A stretch of 62,274 nucleotides of DNA, filler included, from Basidiobolus ranarum (taxonomy: Eukaryota): the NCBI GenBank assembly GCA_040143965.1. It is 7 parts of 7 records of this genome, joined end to end, with 100 filler letters (N's around TTAATTAATTAA, not from the genome) between each part and the next. Parts side by side here need not be neighbours in the genome. Positions count along the whole stretch, not along the records: positions 17,861 to 26,683 come from JASJQH010000916.1; positions 26,784 to 35,589 come from JASJQH010000917.1; positions 35,690 to 44,493 come from JASJQH010000918.1; 4 more parts are not named here. One strand, given 5' to 3'. Position 1 is the first letter of the stretch; each line of letters opens with the position of its first letter. Under the pieces are notes generated by a model. The model searched no databases. It worked only from the letters and a program-made list of their open reading frames with translations, and was not told where the DNA came from. Positions 24,800-36,561 of the stretch are shown piece by piece. The position numbers and the translations under genes are program-made.

Positions 24800-26683
24800 A
24801 TGTCATAAAACTGTCAAGTAAGATTTGATGTTAATCAATTTTTCCAGTTGTAGGATTGAAATATCAAGATCTCACAAAATAGTTGCACACAATTGTCTAC
24901 AACCTCAGAAAACAAATGGTTCAACACATGTCCAAAAAATGTATCTCAAATTTTACAGATTTACCACTTGAATGCCAATTTGTCACCTTCAAAATCCCTA
25001 GTTTCTTTGATATTTTCTCCTGAATATTTCTATAGAGTTCTTCATAGCAAAGGTTTAGCTCATATCCAACATAAGTTTGTATAAACATCTCCATCAAAGC
25101 CCACAATCATATTAATGTTGCTGAATCGATATTTTTCAAGCTCTCTGTCAGGTACCCTACAATATTTTGCCACTGTGTATTACATTCTTTCCAAATATCT
25201 GCATGGTCAACACCAGACTGAATGCCAAGTTCACTATTCTTCTTCTGAAGCCACTTTCTGCATACTTGCAATGTGTTCTTGCCTTCATACTTTTGAAAAT
25301 ACTCCTCAAGTACTTTGACTATTTTCATACATCCCTGTAGTATGATGCTACTGAGGGTGTGTGCAGTGTTTGTGTGGCTTTTTGCTTGCCTTTAACTTTG
25401 GGGCTACTTGCAATACTTTGAAAAGTATCAGTTTTGGTTGGAGAGCCATGAGCTTTATTTGCTGGTGTTTTGGCTTGTTGAGAGGTGCTAGGTGTTGGAT
25501 AAACTTCCAAATTGAGCACTCTTCTAGCTGTTGTACCTGGTTCCATGGTGATATTGAGCTTTTTTGCTTGTATACATGACTCTGAAATACAGATCTGTGT
25601 AATGGTGTGAACAATTTACCAAGTGGGAAAGTAGAGCCTAAACTGACTGGCTTGTTTGCTTTTCCTTTGGGCTTATTAACTTACTAATTCTTCAGTACTT
25701 CTTTAGCTGCTTTTTTTGTTTTTCTAAGTCAATAATTGTGTATCTTTTTAGATGAGTAACTGAGAGGCCAGTATTAGCCCAATTGCCAATTGCTTGCAAA
25801 AATCCAGGATAAGCCACATGGAATAAGTAAAGAACCTTCAGAGTAATGCCTGGTTTTCAGCTTTTCTACAATTGGCTTAAATCAAGGTAATTTTGGGCAA
25901 GATTTCACACAGTTTCCAGATTGTTAAACAACTCATCATCTGGGCAAGTGATGTTAGTTCTGACATTCAGAGTCTTTTAATTTGCCAGTTTCACTATGAG
26001 TTTTCTACTTTCATGTGCCCAAGAAATATCAGGTCATTGTGTGGGATTAATGGATCTGGACATATTCTGCTCTGCTAGATTGTAACAGTGGCATTCATAT
26101 GTATGGGCTGGGATTGCTTGAAATCCCATATGGGAATGCACAGAGAGAGCAGCATGTTGCTGTAGCTTAAGTGCAGCATTCTGAAGGACTTGTATCATTG
26201 TTGAGTGACTCTCTAATGGCTGACTAGTTGCTTCAGACTGCTGCATTAATTGCAATATTGTGGTGTTATTGCTTGTCATGGCCTGTATGGCAACATTGTA
26301 GTTTTTACTTATGATTGAACACAAGCAATTATGATGTTCTGCTTGCAATTCCATTGTTGAAGTAATTCTATCCAAATTTTCTATGGAGGGTGGCTCAAAA
26401 GTCGGCAAAGTAGCCATTTTGCAAGTTGAAGATCTTGATGGTTTCTTGGTTGAACTTTGCTCAACTATTGAATTACTATCCAATTGGGGTACTCTAATCA
26501 CTTTACATGCACTATTGCTGTAAAGGAACACATCTGGAAAATAGATTAATGCATCATCATTACTCAAGTTAGTTTCTAACATGTTAATGCCTTACAACAT
26601 GAATAGTGAAGCACTAGACTGCTCATTAATAAGGTCCTCTGGTCTTGCTGGTTTTTTCCTGTTTTGGAAGCAGGATTTAGGTT
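24800..26683 (-). mobile_element. Unidentified decayed ORF, probably TE-borne (possible accessory ORF of the CACTA element)
   Basis: Chain of same-strand ORF fragments (26034-26582, 25325-25546, 25107-25328, 24921-25106) with Q/S/T/K-rich low complexity and near-total CpG loss, like the adjacent TEs. No family motif recognised. Confidence 0.45.
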
Positions 26684-26783
26684 NNNNNNNNNNNNNNNNN
26701 NNNNNNNNNNNNNNNNNNNNNNNNNNNTTAATTAATTAANNNNNNNNNNNNNNNNNNNNNNNNNNNNNNNNNNNNNNNNNNNN
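26684..26783. other. Artificial contig-joining spacer
   Basis: N44-TTAATTAATTAA-N44. Confidence 0.99.
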
Positions 26784-29034
26784 AGATATTCCTATTTAGA
26801 ATATAGGGGCTATAGATATGTTGCTTTCTGTTTCTGATATATGTATCATAACTAAAGTTAACTATGATGTTGAATAAAGATTAATTATCCAACAACTAGG
26901 TAAGCAAGGCACTAGGCCAACTCTTTGCATGCAACATGTGCGATTTTTTTAATCCAGCAAGCCCTACAAATGGTGCTTGTTTTGTGGTATTTGCCTTGTT
27001 GTGCTTAGGAAACTTCAATAGAATCTACTGACATAGTGTAGGAGCTTCAACATTCTATATCAGAAGAAGTAGGTGTTTAACCAATGGGAAGTTACCAACA
27101 ATTTGGTGAGAACCCCCTTGGAAAACTACCTGAACTACCAAGTAGCTCCAACTCCCCTATTGCAAATAACTACCTTGTTGATGAGGCCAGTGATTAAGAT
27201 TCTTATGCTATATAAATATGATAGTGCTTATGGTAACTGATTCTGAAGGTGAGCATTATGCCTGCATAAAGATGAACACAAGCACTTTTCCTCATATATG
27301 AAGATCTGTATCTACCTTTGTTTCATTAGTACTATTACTTTGGAGGCTTTATATCTCTTTATAGGTATATGTGTTTACACTCGTTGTTTTACTGAATTGA
27401 ATGTAAATATTTGTACCTACGTAGGAAATGAACAAGTATAGAAACAGAGTTGTGTAGCTAGAGCACCGGTTCAGAAGTGGCAGTCACCAATTCACAAAGC
27501 AATACTGGTATCAGCAGCAGATTGCTTACTGTGCAATTTAAATTGATATTCCGGGGACAGTAGGTTCAAAATCTTGGATTGCAATAGCGTAATATTTTAA
27601 CTTCTTAAACAAAATATCCCAAATGTTGGTAAAGCGGCTGTTAGTCTACTGATTGGCAATATTAGTTCGAGCATCAGATACCGTCGCAGCGTTCATAGAC
27701 ACATTACGGGAAATTTCACCGTAATATTGACCATCTAATGCTCCATTTGGCTGTTGAAACCATTGGTGATATTCAAAAAATTCCATCCATCACCTCCTAC
27801 CGCATTGGCTCATTAACTTCGATATGCTCACATTCATGAGGCCAATGGATTTACTACACGATCCAAGAAAGTTAGAAATACTTGGTAGTCGTGATAAATG
27901 AAACTTTTATTGAAATTCATTGTATATATATGTATTTGGCCAATAATAGGAAAACTGAAGTGTCAGCTGAGTAAATAATGGACATGTATAAAATCCATCT
28001 GTGAACAATTAGATCCGTATAAAACACCCCCTTCTCCTACCATAAATACTTGTTGTGTAAAGCTGTGAAAGTCTCATCTACAAAGCACAACTCTGACATC
28101 CGTTGATAGTTAGGCTGTTGAGAGTAGTTCCATTAAACCAAGTATTTGAAGAGGTCAACGAGCAGCGTACATCAATGATCATCATCAAGTACACTACTTG
28201 AATTGGTTAAGAGGCAAACATATTATATTAAATAGCATATCCGGTTCTTGCCCGGAGAGATCCGAAACAATTGAAACATTTCGATTGAATCCCAGCTATG
28301 GAAAATTGCATCCAAGCGTATCATGTGTACAGCGAACCATCACTTGTCTCTCGATTGAATTAGAACACACAACTCAAAAGGAAGTAAAAATATGTGATTA
28401 TTGTGTGGGCCCCAGCGACGTTTTAGGTATACGTGAACTCTTTATCCATGATTAGACCCACTCACGAACTCCAACTTAGGTAAGTGAAAAGCCATCCAAA
28501 ACTGCCACGATGGTACAACTCTCCTTTCCCCTACAATCTTACCACTAGCTATGACAGTAAGGGAGGGATTATAGCTATTAGAGATGTAGCACTGTATACC
28601 TTGATACACATGGAAATTCGTGTATGAGAAACAAGACAGGTTTAGAAGTGTCCTTGGCCTCAAGTAGTAAATGTAGAATTTATGAACATTTCATATACAT
28701 GAAATGATTCTACTATAGCTGACAACTAAGCCTGCGATCTCTGGCTACATTTCAAGTGATAGTTACCAAATACGCGTATCAAGAACATAATGTAAAGAAA
28801 GGAAGTTATCTTTAATCATTATTGATTCCTTTCTGAATGAAGGAATATACATCTTGATAGAAACAATGAACTCCGAGAAGCTTTAGATATGTTTGATAAA
28901 AGACATTGGTGATTTCAAAAGAAAAAAATATTAAATTCAGAGCACATATGAGTCAATCCTTTTTCTGTGGATTGTATAAGAAAAAAGCATCAACTGAATC
29001 CATGAATCCGTGGTTAGACAGATCCTTTCTGTGT

Positions 29035-29925
29035 TTAGAAGGAATCATCGATACGGAAAATGTAAGAGTATGTTATGATGGTGCCATACACCAGAATGCC
29101 ACCAGAGATACTTAAGAGCATCGCAGGCATAGTAATCTATAACATAAAAGATGCTTTAATTAATGTTTCTGAGTGTTTGCAACCTTATATACGTACCACT
29201 CCAGCATGAGCTAGCACCATAGGTAGACCTGCACGAAGTAATTAGTATCGACCAATAAGTGTCTTGTAGACGAACAAAAGAATTTACCGAAGCCAGTTAC
29301 AATGAAGATCGCAGTGATGAATCTACCAGCGTCGAGAAAGCCGGCTCTAACGTAAAAGAATTCAAGATCAGTATAACATTTAAAATACACTCTAAATAGA
29401 GACGGTATCTCACCCATGAGAATCGGACATGAGGTCATCTCCACCACCGCAACGCCCAAAAATAAAATTAGGCAACGGTGCAAGTGCATACGTAAACACT
29501 ACATAGTAAAGTAGATGGGGAAGTTAACTCCAAACATTAATCACGTAAAGAAATGATATGTCTAGTACAAACAATATGAATAATCTACATACCAACAAAC
29601 AAAGGCCACCAGTTTCTATTTAAAATCAACTCATCAATATGTAACGAAATAAATAACAACAGAAATAATCGTTACTTACTGATAGAGAGCACATGATAGG
29701 ATCGAGAGTAGGAAACCGATGGCTAACAAGAATGCAAGAGAGATGATACTATGTAGATAAGAATATGAGAACATGAATTTATGAGCAGATGTAGATTTAA
29801 GAACCAGAATTCCAATAAAAACTTTGTAGAATCTATATTTACACTTATAGAAAAGTACGCATGAGTCAAAGATGATCGTTAATTCTATATTAATTAGGAT
29901 AATACGTACCTTTTACTCCGGCCAT
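29035..29925 (-). CDS. VPS55: Vps55 / LEPROT (OB-RGRP) family four-TM endosomal sorting protein, 7-8 short exons
   Basis: Hand-spliced: MAGVK(V)IISLAFLLAIGFLLSILSCALYQNWWPLFVVFTYALAPLPNFIFGRCGGGDDLMSDSHGAGFLDAGRFITAIFIVTGFGLPMVLAHAGVITMPAMLLSISGGILVYGTIITYSYIFRIDDSF*. All introns GT-AG. Confidence 0.93.
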
Positions 29926-32595
29926 ATTTTCAAGCTTTAAATTGAGGAAAAAAGATCTATTTTCAAAATAATACGAAGAAGGTAAATTCAATGTACGTCT
30001 CAAGAGAGATTAAAAGAACATCTAATACCAGGTTGATTCCAGACAAGTCACAAGTATACGCGTACCTTATGCTAAAAAGATAAAGTAACTTTAGGATTGA
30101 CCTGTGTAATATTACGGTATCAAACATCAAAATTGTAGCTAGCGAATAGGTGCAGATAGCCATGATTGTTTAATTATCTATGATTCTTAAACCATGCAAT
30201 AATTGGGAATATATGCTATTAAAAATATCGAAAATAACTATCAGATAGATATGCACATAGATTTAAGAGTGGTTTATCACGTATACAGCTTGGTTTTCAA
30301 AGCTAACAGTTATTGGACCACATTATGGTCGAAATAATTGATGGACCAGCAATAAATCGAGGTTTATCAAGCAATTCTACCCTACTTCAGTTTGCTGCTA
30401 TGTGATTGGTTATAATGAATTCTAAACGAATATTATCTAAACCAGGACGAAACTATATATTGGAAAAAGCGCCCCATTACGAGTGATTGGCATTTTAGGG
30501 AATGGAGTTTGCATCATAAGATATATTAGGTGAGAGCGGACTTGCAGCCACAGAAGGACAATCCTCCAAATAGGACTGACATGCTAATCTGTTCTGCATT
30601 GAATGCGTTGAAAGGCCATAGAGTCTACAGCACCTAATACGATGGAGACTCTTCCGTCCAAGCCGCATATCAATAGTTTGGCATTTCGAAACTTTGGGTT
30701 GCTTGAGACGTGGAATCCAATAGCTGTACACTGCTCTGACGCATGTGTGGTGTGCCAGTGTTGCATTGTGATTGTGTTCTAGGGCTGGATCGAATAGTGA
30801 TCATCTGCAGTCCATAATACGCCCAAACCAAGCTTCATGAATTGCTACCGTGTGGCAAGATGATTACTACATGACCTCATACCAGCAAATAGCCGAAGAC
30901 ACTCACAGCAGCAATCCCATCTGACCAATTCTGAGAGCTCATTCTAGGCCAACTAGAAATACACAGCACATACAAAGAGCAACCATACAATGGTCCCATC
31001 ATAATCAATAGCAACATCTCAAAATTCAGCGATTTCCCAATCCTCTTACTGCATTTGGCAATTCTAAATATATGCTGGTGACCAGAACTCAAACCTAAAG
31101 TAGGTAAGCAATCCTAATGGCCCGCTCTTGCACGAGATCCTACAATCCATTGTGAGCACTTTACACAATGTCAAATGTCTGCCAAGCAACAATTGATGCG
31201 CGGTGCAAAGTCGACATTGATGGTCTGCTCAGGGGTAGCGACGTTTGTAGATGATTGTATCCTTCACGGGAGCGTCATGTGAGCGCTGCTCCGAATTGTT
31301 TTGGACCAACGTGCGTACATCATGATGGAGAGTCGTGGATTGGGCAATCTCGTCTCACGTGCAGATTCATCCTTTTTCGTACTAAAGGGAATCTGGTGTA
31401 ACATTGGCTGCAGAGTATTAGAAACATGCATGTGCATGAGATCGAATGAAGCTACAACAAGGATGCTACATGGTTGGCTCAAGTCCTGTGATACGTGTCT
31501 AATTCGACTCACCACCAATCCAGAACCCTTCTTTTCTGGATTGTAATCAAACAACTGTGGTGAAACCTAAAGAGCGGTTTCATACGGTGCTTACAGCAAT
31601 CTGGAACGAGCTCTCAACGGCTGTTGTGAAAGCCACGTTTTGCTTCACCTGATTGCCGGAGTTGTGTACATTCAGCATTCCAGTGAGTTAGGCTGCGAGG
31701 TAGATTCATCCGTCAACGGCGGACCATACAGCTACTGCAGACCCAACAAAGCCAGTGGGCCTTGCAAACGAGACTTGAATGATTGACTTGGGATGCGGCG
31801 TAGATGCTAACGATCTCCGATGTGTACGGCTCCTACAATTGAGTTAAGGATGCAAGTGCAGCAGTAAATTGTTGCCACATTAATGAATGACCTCCTCCCC
31901 TGCTCACCCCGATGTTATCTTACCAGGCCAATCCAGAAACAGAGTCAAGGGGATTTGGAGTATTTGGTTTCATTTAACAATTCCAAAATGCCATTAAAAT
32001 AGTGATGATCGCATCGAATTAGACTCGTTTCTAACTTCATATGAAATACATTAACCTGAAATCAGTAAAGCCTGTTTGATCCAATTGGGTGATACATTGC
32101 ACATTTTTAACTTCTCTATCCTCTTACCTTTAAAACAATTGGTGGATCCCATTCTGACAAGTGACTGAACCCTTTATTCTTTGTGGCCACTCCTAATTCC
32201 GCCTCCTTTTTTTCCGTACTCCTCTTCTCTTGACCTACTATATCCCTACATATCTACTTCCTTTTCATTTGCTGTGTTTGTTTCTGGCGAGCTACATTCT
32301 TATCATACGCAGTAACTACCTGACTTCCTTACCAGCGAAAGCTTTACATTTACGTTCTGTTTTTGTTCCCTTTCCAGCCTTCTGGAAATCCCTTTCTCTC
32401 ATTGTTATATTGTTGTCCTTCCCTTTTCAACCAACCAACTGGTCAAGAATCGAGCCATAAAGTAGGACCTAAACCAAGAACCCAACCTAAACTAAGTAGT
32501 CATTCTTTTCACAGTGTGAAAACAAAAACCGGTAACCGTAAAGAAAGCAGTCACGTAAATTTTCTCACCTACGAAACGAAAGTGTTACAAGACAA

Positions 32596-35558
32596 ATGCC
32601 ACACAAAGTACTAACCTCGGATTCTGCCGAGGTATTCCTCTCGGGTGTTCCGCACCCAGGTGGCCTAAATGACCTTCCACACCCAGTCACTCCAACAATC
32701 CTAGAAGCCTCCATTCCTGAGGAAATTTTCGGTCCCACCGATAGTTTGATGGAAAATGTGGAAACCAATCCACCAAAAACGAAGAATCCCACTGAAGTCA
32801 AAACTCAAAATCCATCCGGAAAAAGTACCAAGACTCGTCGATCTGTTGGTGAGTATCAGTTAAATAAAACTCTTGGCGCCGGAAGTATGGGGAAAGTCAA
32901 ACTTGGTATCCATAATGTTACCGGCGAAAAGGTAAACAAATCATATTATAAATTTCGGTATAACTTGTAATTATTAACGAATTGGGAGTAGGTTGCAATC
33001 AAAGTAATCCCTAGAAGTAGTCGCGAAAGTAATTCGAAACGTCCATCTGAAGCGGCAGCGAAAGAAGAGAATAAAGAGATTCGAGTGGTTAGAGAGGCTG
33101 CCATTATGTCGCTTCTTGATCATCCTAACATAGTGAAGATGAAGGAGATGATTGTTCATAATCACCATTATTACCTTATCCTCGAGTATGTTAGCGGTGG
33201 CCAGATGTTAGATTACATCATAAGTCACGGTCGTTTGAAGGAGAAGCACGCTCGAAATTTTGCTCGACAAATATGCTCGGCTCTAGGTAAAAACAAACCA
33301 TATACATGTTCTTGAATTCGCTTATGCTAACCTGCTGTCCTACAGATTATTGTCATAAAAACTCGATCGTCCATAGAGGTAAAGGTTCTTGATAAAGTGG
33401 TAATATTCGTCTACAATGTTAACTCATATGTACTAGATCTCAAAATCGAAAACATTTTGATTGCCGACGACGGTTCAATCAAATTGATAGACTTTGGTCT
33501 TTCAAATCTCTTTTCCACGCGTTCACATCTATCTACCTTCTGCGGGTCCTTGTATTTTGCTGCCCCCGAGCTACTACATGCACGTGCCTATACCGGACCA
33601 GAGGTCGATGTATGGAGCATGGGAATTGTTTTATATGTTTTGGCTTGTGGAAAGGTTCCATTTGACGACCAAAGTCTCCCAGCCTTACACGCCAAGATCA
33701 AGAGAGGTCATGTAGAATATCCTACCTGGTTGAGCAGCGGTAAGATTTAGAATACTTGGAATCCACACAAATGACACCTACTAATTAAACGAATTTTACC
33801 ATAGAATGCAAGCATTTGCTTTCTCGCATGTTGGTGACCAGCCCACAAGACAGCGCCACCATGGCTGAAGTGATGCGTCACCCTTGGATGAACAAGGGCT
33901 TCGACGGCCCACCTGTGAATTATTTCCCAGTTAGAAAGCCCCTGCAGTTACCATTAAATGCAGAAGTAATTCAAAATATGATTGGGTTTGAATTCGGCTC
34001 AGAGGAACGAATTCGGCAAGAGCTAGAATCCATCGTTCGCAGTGATGCGTATCAAAACCAAACAACCCCGACCCATAATAATGTAGGATTCTCTCGACGA
34101 CTGAGCGGCTATTTAAAGAGAGGGAATACACTAGAAAATGGTGTGGATCATCCACTACTCTCTATATATCATCTAGTGAAAGAGCAAATAGAAAGAGCTC
34201 AAGAGAAGGCCTCTTCAAGTACTTCCTCAACCTCTCTGCAGTCGATTCCAGAGAATCAAATCGTTGAAATAGCAACACTCGATCATGCTACTAAAGCAAG
34301 TGAATATCATACCGTCAATAGCGAGCGCTTTTGCAATGATTCACAAAGGTTGGTCAGAGACAATAATGAAAAATACGGAAATGGGGATACTCCAGCATTA
34401 GATAATAAATTAAATGGCGACGAATATACACATAAAAGGAGTAAGAGCACCACCGCAAGCGGTGTGTTCCGGCGTATCAGTCAAGCTATTAAATCTGGAA
34501 GGAGCGGGCGTAGTCAGTACAAACACCAACAGCATCAGTTGCTTTCAGATGATGAGAATCATGAACCTAGCAATTTTGATAATGATCTTACAGCACCTAA
34601 CCCGATGCGAACCAGAAGAGCTTCAGCTAATCACGATTCACGTCCCCTGAGCTCCAGAGCTGATGATCAATTCTACACTAGCGAACATAACACCAAGAAA
34701 ACCGGTCGTGAACATTTGGGAAATCGGCTTAGCAGTATGCTTTCACGAGCCACTAGTCTCAAAGAATCCAACATATATAGGAGACGACGTAAATCAAGCG
34801 AAGAGAAAGCACCGATATCTAGAAAGCCCTCAAGTGTAATACGACAGTCACATAACCGTCCTCCACAACTGCGTGTCGACCGCTTCCCTACACGCAGTCA
34901 CCCTGAAACAATTGGAGAGAGGGATCAAAGCCCTACGCGTAGTCTTACTGACTCTAATTGTTCACGCGAACACAATACGGTTGACTCTTATATCAAACCG
35001 GTATTTCTTAAGGGACTATTCTCTGTGGCTACAACCAGCTCCAAAAAGCCTAGCACCATTAGAGCTGATATCATTCGAGTATTAGATAAGACGGAGATCG
35101 TATGGAGAGAAGGCGCTGGTTACTTTGAATGTATACAGATGAACCTTGAGGAAGATGGACAAAGTGGATTTACTCGACTTTCCGATAATACTGGCTCCTC
35201 GGTAGTTACCTCCAAGTCGGATGAGCCCCAAACCTCAAAAACCTCACCCAATGCTCCCGACTCCAAGCTTAGGTTAACTGTACAGAAAAACCCATCGGAT
35301 CGTTTAGATGTCGAGGAACGTAGGTCAATGAAATCGAAAGCATCCTCTAGCCGACCATCATCCTCACGCCATGAACCACAGTTTGATGCAGAAGAAGAGT
35401 CAGCCATGCCAAATTACACCTCTACTAGATTTAGGATCAGCATTGTAAAAGTCCCGTGGCTACCAGGTCTTCATGGAATCAGGTTTAGAAGACTAGTTGG
35501 ACATCCCTGGGAATATAAGAATGCCTGTTCCAAAATCCTGAGCGAATTAAAGCTTTGA
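32596..35558 (+). CDS. KIN1: Kin1/Par-1/MARK family Ser/Thr kinase with C-terminal KA1 domain, 5 exons
   Basis: [60 protein letters not shown]1 region [17 protein letters not shown]...[27 protein letters not shown]. Exons ~32596-32931, 32992-33286, 33346-33378, 33437-33739, 33805-35558. Confidence 0.96.
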
Positions 35559-35589
35559 TCCGGCCAGGTTTCTCGGGATTTATGTGAAC

Positions 35590-35689
35590 NNNNNNNNNNN
35601 NNNNNNNNNNNNNNNNNNNNNNNNNNNNNNNNNTTAATTAATTAANNNNNNNNNNNNNNNNNNNNNNNNNNNNNNNNNNNNNNNNNNNN
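35590..35689. other. Artificial contig-joining spacer
   Basis: N44-TTAATTAATTAA-N44. Confidence 0.99.
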
Positions 35690-36200
35690 CAATAAATCAA
35701 TAAGTGAAAACCACCAATTCCTCTAATTCTCCAAACCACTTCCAACAGGCTCCCAAATACTTTAACAAAAAGAAGGATAAGTTCCAGAAGCTTAATAGAT
35801 AGGCATTTTGGAGAGTGCAAAAGTTGGGGTGTATAGTCTGTTGAGATATCTTGGGAGTTGTTGGAAGAGGTTAAGTAAACTAGAAAGAGTTAATGGCTTT
35901 CACTAATTGATTTATTGAGTGGAAACTTGCCATGTATAGTTTTATTAAAGGGTTGATAAGCAAACATGTAGAATGTGACTACATAGATGTTTAGGCTATG
36001 TTAGTTTCAACACAAGGAACATTTATTTAATGTTTGGTGTGTTCTGGACAGGTTTTAGCAAACTACATAATCTGAGAGCTTCCAAGTTGGTAAAAATATT
36101 TAAAGTAAATTCTACATGAAGATATTAAATCATAAAAGTAAAGTCTGGATAGCTAGCTATATGACTATATAGGCACTTAACCTATGTCATTTTCAACACA
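35690..36200. repeat. Dispersed repeat family, forward tail facing a diverged inverted copy
   Basis: 35690-35770 is the forward tail. ~35845-36200 is a reverse-complement copy (ttgggagttgttggaagagg...gatttattgagtggaaacttg...tagatgtttaggctatg). Confidence 0.8.
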
Positions 36201-36561
36201 GCACATATCTTTATAACTAACTTTCATAGGTTTAAGAGTTGAATCCTCATATCACAACTTACATCAATTGTTTGATAATAAAAGTTAAGTTAATTACAGT
36301 CTACAAACTCTACCTTTACAAAAAATCTCTACTGTAGAAGCAAGAAGAGCAAAGTAAAAGATTCCATTGTGACTTGAAATCAACTAGAAAATCGGTAATC
36401 CGATGAAGAGGGCTGCGGGGGGAGGGATCACTTGATAAGTCAATCGAATAAATAAACAACTCTAGTCAACTTGTAATCACTCAATCAGATTCACGTAGAT
36501 AAACACATATAGATACAACACAAACGCAAATTACTGAAAGTTGGCTTTGTTACCTTCTGTC

